A DNA stretch of 63,396 nucleotides, filler included, from a bacterium (lineage in GTDB: Bacteria; JALSQH01): the NCBI GenBank assembly GCA_026985515.1. It is 3 parts of 3 records of this genome, joined end to end, with 100 filler letters (N's around TTAATTAATTAA, not from the genome) between each part and the next. Parts side by side here need not be neighbours in the genome. Positions count along the whole stretch, not along the records: positions 1 to 21,174 come from JALSQH010000007.1; 2 more parts are not named here. One strand, given 5' to 3'. The position numbers and the translations under genes are program-made. A model generated the notes under the pieces. The model did not search any database and was not told the origin of the DNA. It was given only the letters and a program-made list of their open reading frames with translations. Position 1 is the stretch's first letter; each line of letters starts with the position of its first letter. Positions 11,208-18,808 of the stretch are shown here, in pieces.

Positions 11208-11527
11208 ATTTTTTTTCCTTCCATAAGAGCTGTTCTTATGAGACTCCCTGGAATATTCTTCCTATTATTAATTTCACACTCCGATTTTATTATCACGTCA
11301 CATGGTATCAGATTTTTCCCAAGGCTTTTACGAATAAGATGACCGATTTCACGTTTCTGTTTTAATGTAAGTGAATCTCTGGTGATAACGAGTATATCCC
11401 AATCACTTAGATTATCAAAATCTCCTCTGGCACGTGATCCAAATAGAATAATTTCTTTTAAAGAAATCCTTTTCATCTCGAAAATTGTTTTAATGGTCCC
11501 TTTGATTTTTTCAATTTCGTTTTTCAT
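11204..11527 (-). CDS. minimal nucleotidyltransferase (MNT, antitoxin-like)
   Basis: ILFGSRARGD...SDWDILV motif, 107 aa. Confidence 0.92.
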   Translation of the reverse strand: MKNEIEKIKGTIKTIFEMKRISLKEIILFGSRARGDFDNLSDWDILVITRDSLTLKQKREIGHLIRKSLGKNLIPCDVIIKSECEINNRKNIPGSLIRTALMEGKKI

Positions 11528-11618
11528 CTGAATCCTACACTTCAGTCATTCATTTTCCTTCTTTCCTAATATTATAGTATAATGATTGTAAACTGATGTC
11601 AAAAGTGGAGGAGGTAAA

Positions 11619-12446
11619 ATGGCTTTCCTGGAATTACTGCTCTGTATCTATATATTCTTCCTTTTTTTTACTTTTCTTCTCAACCAGTATGAGAGAATGA
11701 ATGCACCTTTAGAGGAATCTTTTGACCTCTTCATCTTCTTCTCCATTGTATGGGAGGGAATCACCACAATCTTTGTTTTTATCCTTGATCTGATTGGTTT
11801 TTTCTTCAATTACGATTCTCTCTTCAGGGAAGGCTGGAGGGAGTATCCTGTTATTTTTATCCCCGGATACTCTGCCAACAGGGGTTACTTTTTTCCCTAC
11901 GCTTTTTTCCTTAACCGTGCAGGATTTAGAGTTTTCACAATGCCTCCTGTACCATTTTACTGCAATATTTATTACCTTTCAGAAATTCTTCAGAAAAAAG
12001 TGGAATCTGTTTTGAAACAAACAGGAGCCAGTAAAGTTATTCTGATCGGTCACAGTATGGGTGGGTTAATTGGAAGATATTACATTCAGAGGCTTGGTGG
12101 TGACGAAAAAGTTGCGGCCCTTTTCACAATATCCACCCCTCATCGCGGTACAAAGGTTTCAGTTTTCGGGTCAGGATACAGTGCGAAGGAGATGGTTCCT
12201 GAATCAAATTTTCTTAAGGATCTCAATAGAGATATGGGAAAATATTTTAAAAAAGTGAGACTTGTTTCGCTTGGAACAAAGGCGGATAATCTTGTGATTC
12301 CTTATACTCACTCTTTTGCAAAAATTGGAAGAAGGTATACACTCGATTTTCTGGGACATAACTCAATGATGTTTTCACTTAAAGTGTTTGAGATAATCGT
12401 TGCAGAAGCTGAGGAACTGGAGAGGATTTCAGGTGCAAAAAAGTGA
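11619..12446 (+). CDS. membrane-anchored alpha/beta hydrolase (lipase/esterase)
   Basis: Two N-terminal hydrophobic segments, IGHSMGG nucleophile elbow, STPHRGT, DNLV, GH. Confidence 0.88.
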   Translation: MAFLELLLCIYIFFLFFTFLLNQYERMNAPLEESFDLFIFFSIVWEGITTIFVFILDLIGFFFNYDSLFREGWREYPVIFIPGYSANRGYFFPYAFFLNRAGFRVFTMPPVPFYCNIYYLSEILQKKVESVLKQTGASKVILIGHSMGGLIGRYYIQRLGGDEKVAALFTISTPHRGTKVSVFGSGYSAKEMVPESNFLKDLNRDMGKYFKKVRLVSLGTKADNLVIPYTHSFAKIGRRYTLDFLGHNSMMFSLKVFEIIVAEAEELERISGAKK

Positions 12447-13362
12447 TTTTTTCTCTAAAAGACTTCTGTGGGTAACCGGAAAAGGCGGAGTTGGTAAAAC
12501 CACAGTAGCAATATCTCTTGCGCTTCTTGCCGCGGAATCGGGTAAAAGGGTTTTGCTCATAGAAGTTTCACCCACATCAAGAATTTCAAGATTCCTCGGA
12601 ATTCCAGAGATCGTTTATAAAGAAAGAGAGATTTTGCCAGATATCTTTGCGTTGAATATTGATCCGAGATACGCTGTTGAAGAGTATATGAAGCTTCAGT
12701 TGAAATTCAGGTTTCTCTACAATAGAGTTTTAAAAAATAAACTTTTCAGAATTTTTGCCACTGCTCTGCCAGGGCTTGATGATTTGACCACTGCCGGAAA
12801 AATCTGGTACATGGAGAATCTGAAACGAAAAGATGGTTCCCCACTATTTGACCTTGTGATAGTAGACGCTCCTGCGACGGGACACTGTTTCAACCTTCTC
12901 CGTGTACCCCGGGCGACCATTGAAACAGTAAAATTTGGACCCATAAAAAATCAAACCCAACCCATTCAGGACCTCTTTACTGATCCTGAAAGAACGCTTG
13001 TCAATATTGTGGCTCTGCCGGAGGAGATGCCTGCAAGTGAAACTCTGGAGTTTGCTGAAAAGGTAAGATCACTCTCAATTCCCCTGGGAGTTGTTTTCAT
13101 AAATGGTGTTTATCCTGAGGTTGATGAGGAAAGGTTCATGGTTCTGAGTCAGAAACTGGCAAATGAGGGTATGGAAGATGTGGTTGAGATTCTCTCATCC
13201 ATTGAGAAAAAGGGTACGATGCAGAAAAAATATGTGAAAATACTTGAAGAAAATTTTGCTCCAAATGTAGTTAAAATTCCTTTTCTCTTCACACCCTCCT
13301 TTACACGGGAGGAACTTATTAGAATTGCAACTATCATAAATGTAGAGATGAGTGTGGGATGA
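12433..13362 (+). CDS. ArsA/Get3-like ATPase, subunit 1
   Basis: GKGGVGKTT, VDAPATGH, PEEMP; GTG start with SD. Confidence 0.88.
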   Translation: MQKSDFFSKRLLWVTGKGGVGKTTVAISLALLAAESGKRVLLIEVSPTSRISRFLGIPEIVYKEREILPDIFALNIDPRYAVEEYMKLQLKFRFLYNRVLKNKLFRIFATALPGLDDLTTAGKIWYMENLKRKDGSPLFDLVIVDAPATGHCFNLLRVPRATIETVKFGPIKNQTQPIQDLFTDPERTLVNIVALPEEMPASETLEFAEKVRSLSIPLGVVFINGVYPEVDEERFMVLSQKLANEGMEDVVEILSSIEKKGTMQKKYVKILEENFAPNVVKIPFLFTPSFTREELIRIATIINVEMSVG

Positions 13363-14477
13363 GTTATCTTCTTGACAGATTCATTGATGAGAAAGAGATA
13401 ATTATATGTGGAGGAAGTGGCGGGGTGGGAAAAACCACCACTTCTGCTGCCATAGCCATAAGAGCTGCACAGAGGGGGAAAAATGTTCTCGTTCTCACCA
13501 TTGACCCTGCAAGGAGACTTGCCGATGCACTGGGTATCAAAATTGGAAACGAGGAGACGGAGGTGCCACTGGGGGAACTGGGGCTCAATGCACCGGGTAC
13601 TCTGCATGCGATGATGCTTGATATGAAGAGGAGTTTCGATGAATTAATAGAGAAAATTTCGCCCACAAGAGAGGTGGCAGAGAGGATTTTTTCAAACAGA
13701 TTGTATCAGAACATAACCACTGCTTTTTCGGGCAGCCATGAATATATTGCAATGGAAAAGGTATATGATATTCACAGAAGCGGAAGGTATGATCTGATTG
13801 TGCTTGATACTCCTCCAACCCGCCATGCCATCGATTTCCTTGAAGCTCCTAAAAAGATGGTGGATTTTCTCAACGCAGGAATTATCAATATAATGCTGAA
13901 GCTCTATTTCCAGACAGGTAAAATTGGACTGAAGATTTTCAGAGGCGGGATTGAAAGCCTGTTTATGCTTGTAGAGAGGGTAACGGGAGGAGAAATTTTA
14001 AGAGAGGTATCTGAATTTTTTCTCTCTTTTGAGGGACTCTACGATGGTTTTAAAAACAGGTCAGATGCAGTGATGAAGTTGCTCAAGAGTCAGAAAAGTG
14101 TTTTTCTCATTATTATGGGTCCTCAGGAAGTTAATCTGGATGAAGCTTTTTTTCTGTACGATAAAATCAGTGAAATGGGGTTGCCATTTGGATTTTTCAT
14201 TATGAACAGGGTCCACCTTTTACCCGAAGGGTTTAAGTGGGACAGGGATAAAAAGAGGAAACTTGAATCACTGATTGAAGAAGATGAGAAGTTCATTTTT
14301 GACTGGATTGAAAAGTATATATCTCTGAGTAAAAGGGACAGGGAAGTTGCCATGAATGTAATCAGCAGGACAAAGCAACCTCTGTATCTTGTGCCGGAGT
14401 TTCCTGAGGATGTCCATGATATTACTTCACTTAAAAATTTTATTGACAATTTAATGTCAGGGGAAATTCTCAGGTGA
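13359..14477 (+). CDS. ArsA/Get3-like ATPase, subunit 2
   Basis: GSGGVGKTT, TIDPARRLADALG, LDTPPTRHAIDFL. Confidence 0.9.
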   Translation: MSYLLDRFIDEKEIIICGGSGGVGKTTTSAAIAIRAAQRGKNVLVLTIDPARRLADALGIKIGNEETEVPLGELGLNAPGTLHAMMLDMKRSFDELIEKISPTREVAERIFSNRLYQNITTAFSGSHEYIAMEKVYDIHRSGRYDLIVLDTPPTRHAIDFLEAPKKMVDFLNAGIINIMLKLYFQTGKIGLKIFRGGIESLFMLVERVTGGEILREVSEFFLSFEGLYDGFKNRSDAVMKLLKSQKSVFLIIMGPQEVNLDEAFFLYDKISEMGLPFGFFIMNRVHLLPEGFKWDRDKKRKLESLIEEDEKFIFDWIEKYISLSKRDREVAMNVISRTKQPLYLVPEFPEDVHDITSLKNFIDNLMSGEILR

Positions 14478-15229
14478 AAAGGGCGATTTTTCTGGTAGTA
14501 TTGTTTTTTCTTCTGGGTACAGTTATTTTTTTCCTGCACAGGAATTCAGAAAAAGAAGGTGTTGTTACACACAGCGAAAAGGTTTCCCGTAAAGTTGCTG
14601 TGAAAAAAGAAGCAACACAAGTTTCATCTCATTATTTTAATAATTCAGTAACTCAGGAAAATGAAAGATTCAGTATTCTGGAGAAGAAATGGAGCGATAT
14701 GGTTGAAAAACTTGAAGGTATTCTTGATGAGGATTTTTTCATGCCAGTTTCAAAATATAATCAGGATCTTGCAGGTTTGATGGTGGATTATTTTATCAAC
14801 TACTTTAAGAAGGGATTCAGATACTTTTACTCCAGTTATGTTACTGCCACCAGGAATCTTTCTGGATACAAACTTACAGGAAGGTTAAATTCATATGAGG
14901 CGAGAATTTTTAAGAAATTACCAGGTATCATTATCAGAAATAACAGAAGAATGAAAGAGGGAAAAATTCCCTACTATAAAATTGAAGAAGAGTTTAAGCC
15001 AGTACTGTCAGATAGCATAAAATTTATTTTTTTCATGGTCAAAAGGTATCCATCTGATGAGATCAGAGCTGAAGAAGAAGCATACAGGAAAGGGAGCGGA
15101 TTTTACAGAAATGAAAAATTGCTTATGCGGATGCCCTTTGTTGCTATTCCAGTTGCATTTAAAATTGAGATTGACTACATTGCGGAAACGATAGATTTAT
15201 TCTTTGAGGAAAATGAGATTGAAAAGTGA
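14474..15229 (+). CDS. hypothetical membrane-anchored or exported protein
   Basis: N-terminal hydrophobic helix; GTGA overlap with the upstream ATPase stop. Confidence 0.75.
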   Translation: MKRAIFLVVLFFLLGTVIFFLHRNSEKEGVVTHSEKVSRKVAVKKEATQVSSHYFNNSVTQENERFSILEKKWSDMVEKLEGILDEDFFMPVSKYNQDLAGLMVDYFINYFKKGFRYFYSSYVTATRNLSGYKLTGRLNSYEARIFKKLPGIIIRNNRRMKEGKIPYYKIEEEFKPVLSDSIKFIFFMVKRYPSDEIRAEEEAYRKGSGFYRNEKLLMRMPFVAIPVAFKIEIDYIAETIDLFFEENEIEK

Positions 15230-15306
15230 AGAATTTGTCTTGTAGATGACCTGTTTCTTATGATATAATTGCCATTGGTGTAACTATAATTTAAAAGGGG
15301 GAAGTT

Positions 15307-17388
15307 ATGACGGATAGAGAAAAGTTGAGGAATGTAAGTTTTGTTGCCCATGATGGAGCGGGGAAAAGTGTTCTTATTGAGGCGCTTCTTTTTGATGTTA
15401 AGGCTGTTAAAGGGTTCCGAAAATATAATGGTGGAGAACCAATAGCGGATATGGAAGAGGAGGAGAAGAAGAGAAATTTTACCCTTTACACGCAGGTTTA
15501 CAATTTCAAGTATGGTGATTATGAATTTAACGTACTTGATACCCCCGGTTATTCAAATTTTGTCTTTGATGCAAAAAATGCTCTTTTGGTCAGCGAAGGT
15601 GCGGTGATACTGGTAAGTGCAATTTCTGGCGTGAAGGACCAGACAATAAGATTCTGGGAGTATCTTGATGAGTATGAGTTGCCGAGGCTCATCTTCATAA
15701 ACAAGCTTGATATGGAAAAGTCTGACTACTTGAGAGCTGCTGATGATGTGGAAAAGAACTTCGGGATAAAGCCTGCTCTTCTTCAGATACCCATGGGTAA
15801 AGAGGGAGAGTTTCATGGCTTGATTGATCTTCTCGAGAATAAAGCATATTTCTATGAAACTGATGGGTCAGGAAAGTTTAAGGTTAAGGATATCCCCGAT
15901 GAGTATCAGGATCAGGTGGAGGAATTCAGGAATTCCCTCATTGAGACCATTGTGGAGCAGGATGATGAAATGCTCGAGAGATACCTTGATGGAGAGGAAA
16001 TCCCGAGTGATGAATTGAAAAAAAAGTTGAGATACGGTGTCCTGAGCAGGAAAATTATTCCTGCTGTTATGGGTTCAGCAGCGAAAAATATTGGTGTAAT
16101 CCAGCTTGTTGAAGCAATCAGAGATTATCTTCCATCACCTGTTGAGAGATCCCCCATCCCTGCAAAGGATCCAGATGGTAATGAGGTGGAAATACATCCC
16201 TCCAAGACAGCTTTCCTGTCAGGTATTATTTTCAAAACCACAATAGATCAGTTTGCAGGAAAGGTCAATTATGTGAAAATCTTTTCAGGAACACTTGCGC
16301 AGGATTCTGTGATTTATATACCAAACAAACATTACAAAGATAAGGTCACCCAGATAAACAAAATTTTAGGTAAAAAGTTCATACAGGTTACAGAAGCTGG
16401 AGCAGGAGATATTGTGGCGATTCCAAAGTTAAAGGAGGGTTCCACCGGCGATTCAATTTCGTCTGATAAAAATCCTGTTATTTTCGATCTCATTCATCCA
16501 CCAGAACCTGTCCTTGCCTATGCTGTAAGACCGAAGGGAAAGCATGATGAAGAAAAAATGATCAATGCTCTCAATAGACTGGTGGAGGAGGATCCATCTC
16601 TCAGGCTTGAAAGGGAACCGCAGACAAAGGAATTGCTACTTAAGGGACTTGGGCAGGTTCAAATTGAGGCGGCAATTGAAAAGTTGAAGAGAAAGTACGG
16701 AGTTGAGGTGGAACTCCTTGCCCCAAAGGTTCCATACAGAGAAACAATAAAGAAAAAGGCAAGAGCCCAGGGCAAGTATAAAAAGCAGACTGGAGGTCAT
16801 GGTCAGTATGGTGATTGCTGGATAGAGATTGAACCCCTGGAGAGAGGTAAGGGGTTTGAGTTTGTTGATAAAATTGTTGGTGGAGTTATTCCAAGACAGT
16901 TTATTCCCTCAGTTGAGAAAGGTATCAGAGAAGCCATGCAGAAGGGTCCCCTTGCAGGTTATCCAGTCGTTGATGTTAAAGTGACTCTTTACGACGGAAG
17001 TCACCACCCCGTTGATTCCTCAGACCTCGCTTTTCAGATTGCTGGTTCTCTGGCTTTTAAAAAGGCTGTCGTAGAAGCTCAGCCTGTCCTTCTTGAGCCC
17101 ATAATGAAGATGGAGATTGTGGTTCCTGAAGAGTATATGGGCACAATCACAGGAGACCTCAATGCGAGAAGAGGAAAAATAGTTGGAGTTGTTCCCAAGG
17201 CAGGTGCACAGGTTATAACTGCCTATGTGCCTCTTGCTGAAGTTCTGACATACGCACCTGACCTCAGATCAATGACTCAGGGAAGAGGATACTTTTCCAT
17301 GGAGTTCAGTCACTACGAAGAGGTACCAAGTCACCTTGCCAAAAAGATTATTGACCAGGCAAAGGCTGAATCGGAAGAGAATAAATAA
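15307..17388 (+). CDS. fusA2: elongation factor G paralog (EF-G2 type)
   Basis: AHDGAGKS, DTPGY, NKLD, KKQTGGHGQY, GSHHPVDSS; standalone and divergent in G1/switch I. Confidence 0.9.
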   Translation: MTDREKLRNVSFVAHDGAGKSVLIEALLFDVKAVKGFRKYNGGEPIADMEEEEKKRNFTLYTQVYNFKYGDYEFNVLDTPGYSNFVFDAKNALLVSEGAVILVSAISGVKDQTIRFWEYLDEYELPRLIFINKLDMEKSDYLRAADDVEKNFGIKPALLQIPMGKEGEFHGLIDLLENKAYFYETDGSGKFKVKDIPDEYQDQVEEFRNSLIETIVEQDDEMLERYLDGEEIPSDELKKKLRYGVLSRKIIPAVMGSAAKNIGVIQLVEAIRDYLPSPVERSPIPAKDPDGNEVEIHPSKTAFLSGIIFKTTIDQFAGKVNYVKIFSGTLAQDSVIYIPNKHYKDKVTQINKILGKKFIQVTEAGAGDIVAIPKLKEGSTGDSISSDKNPVIFDLIHPPEPVLAYAVRPKGKHDEEKMINALNRLVEEDPSLRLEREPQTKELLLKGLGQVQIEAAIEKLKRKYGVEVELLAPKVPYRETIKKKARAQGKYKKQTGGHGQYGDCWIEIEPLERGKGFEFVDKIVGGVIPRQFIPSVEKGIREAMQKGPLAGYPVVDVKVTLYDGSHHPVDSSDLAFQIAGSLAFKKAVVEAQPVLLEPIMKMEIVVPEEYMGTITGDLNARRGKIVGVVPKAGAQVITAYVPLAEVLTYAPDLRSMTQGRGYFSMEFSHYEEVPSHLAKKIIDQAKAESEENK

Positions 17389-18000
17389 TCAGCGGATCCC
17401 GATTTTTCGGGACCGCTTTATTTTTATCGATTTTTCTTCTTTCACAGAGTGATCTTCATATCTGATCTGTGCTTTTATTGCTTCATCAGTTATTTCTAAA
17501 AGGGCATATGTTTGTCTGCTCTTTTCCAGAAGGGAAAAGTGCCCCGGATTTACAAATAATCTCCCTGAAAGAACCTCTATTTGAGGTATGTGTGTTGCCC
17601 CGTGGAGAAACAGATATCCATTTTGAATATCCTCTCCAGTAAGATTCTTTATATCATGGACCGCCACAGTAATAACTCCGTTGAGTACAATGTATTCTAT
17701 CAGTGGTGCCAGTCCCTTCCTGGCTGCTTCTTCATTCGCCCCTGCAACCTGAACAATCCTCCTGATTTTTGACAGAGGAGAGTCATCTTCAAGCAGTACA
17801 CTGGCAAGATCTGAGAAAAAGGTTGTTTCTTCCTCCTTTAACCCTGACTCAATTGCCTGGAGGTGGGCTTTTTCAACATCAGAAAAGTTGTGACCAAGAT
17901 GGATAAATCTCTTTATCTGCTCAATTTCACGGAGATAAATGTAGAGTTCCTTTAACCCGGAAAAATTTCCATGTGTATCACTGATAACTGCAATCTTCAT
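17389..18000 (-). CDS. YfcE/MJ0936-like metallophosphoesterase with degenerate motifs
   Basis: MKIAVISDTHGN, HGATHIP, FVNPGH; start is ATG 18000 because the ORF-track extension lies inside the tRNA. Confidence 0.8.
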   Translation of the reverse strand: MKIAVISDTHGNFSGLKELYIYLREIEQIKRFIHLGHNFSDVEKAHLQAIESGLKEEETTFFSDLASVLLEDDSPLSKIRRIVQVAGANEEAARKGLAPLIEYIVLNGVITVAVHDIKNLTGEDIQNGYLFLHGATHIPQIEVLSGRLFVNPGHFSLLEKSRQTYALLEITDEAIKAQIRYEDHSVKEEKSIKIKRSRKIGIR

Positions 18001-18010
18001 TTTTTTATCC

Positions 18011-18087
18011 TGGCGCGCCCAGGGTGATTCGAACACCCGACCCCCGGATCCGCAATCCGATGCTCTATCCAGCTGAGCTATGGGCGC
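18011..18087 (-). tRNA. tRNA-Arg (GCG)
   Basis: Reverse complement GCGCCCA...TCGGA-TTGCGGA-TCCGG...GTTCGAAT...TGGGCGC-G-CCA. Confidence 0.95.
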
Positions 18088-18131
18088 GCTTATCTAATTT
18101 TATTCTAACCGGATGGACAAAACTTGCAAGT

Positions 18132-18533
18132 TTACCTTCTGACAATTTTCAGCACTATGACAGCTGCCCATACCGGATCAGGAAGGTCTCCTGAAACTTC
18201 CCAGATATCTCGAGAGGTATAGTTATATTTGGGTCTGATTTCTCTACCCTGTTTTACCCAGATATCTTTTGATGTGTAGTTGTACTTTGGCCTGAACTCT
18301 CCTCTGTCGAATACCCATATGTCCCGTGATGTGTAGTTATATTTAGGCCTGAATTCTCCCCTTTCATAGACCCAGATATCGGTTGATGATCCGCCATATT
18401 TGGGCCTTAACTCTTTTCCATCAAATATCCAGATATCATTCGATGTTGCGCCATACTTTGGCTTGATCTCCCTTCCATCAAAGACCCAGATGTCATTTGA
18501 AGTGTAACCATATTTTGGTCTCAATTCTACTAT
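18132..18533 (-). CDS. small tandem-repeat protein (6 x 19 aa plus C-terminal hydrophobic helix)
   Basis: Repeat x(R/K)PKY(G/N)x(T/S)SxDIWxxxxxE with synonymous variation; SD AAGGAGG; start ATA 18533 or TTG 18524. Confidence 0.85.
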   Translation of the reverse strand: MVELRPKYGYTSNDIWVFDGREIKPKYGATSNDIWIFDGKELRPKYGGSSTDIWVYERGEFRPKYNYTSRDIWVFDRGEFRPKYNYTSKDIWVKQGREIRPKYNYTSRDIWEVSGDLPDPVWAAVIVLKIVRR

Positions 18534-18552
18534 TTAATCCCTCCTTTTTAAA

Positions 18553-18582
18553 ATGGTAGATTATTTTTGATGTTTCTGTCAA
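18553..18582 (-). promoter_or_regulatory. sigma70-type promoter for the repeat-protein gene
   Basis: TTGACA-18 nt-TACCAT just upstream of the SD. Confidence 0.5.
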
Positions 18583-18597
18583 GTGCCGAAAGACTGA

Positions 18598-18763
18598 AAT
18601 CCTCAAATAGAAATCTGGTTAATACAGCGTCTGCCTTTTTATCCCTATAAATCGGCACCTCACGGCCGTCACCCTTTAGGTGACGGCGGAATATAAGGCA
18701 TGTGTTTTGAAATAATAAATCTTTAGTCACCCAAAATCTCCTAATTGAGATTTTGGGAATAAA
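18598..18763. repeat. structured non-coding dispersed repeat, copy A
   Basis: Colinear homology to 53190-53352; hairpins GCCGTCACC-CTTTA-GGTGACGGC (18665-87) and CCCAAAATCTC-CTAATT-GAGATTTTGGG (18730-57). Confidence 0.85.
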
Positions 18764-18808
18764 GAATTTCTTGAAAAAAAAACAATAAATTGTAAAATAT
18801 GAACTATC

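Noticed and set aside
18185-18530. 57-bp periodicity resembling a CRISPR array
   Set aside because: The period is 19 codons, variation is mostly synonymous, there are no unique spacers and no cas genes; it is a coding repeat
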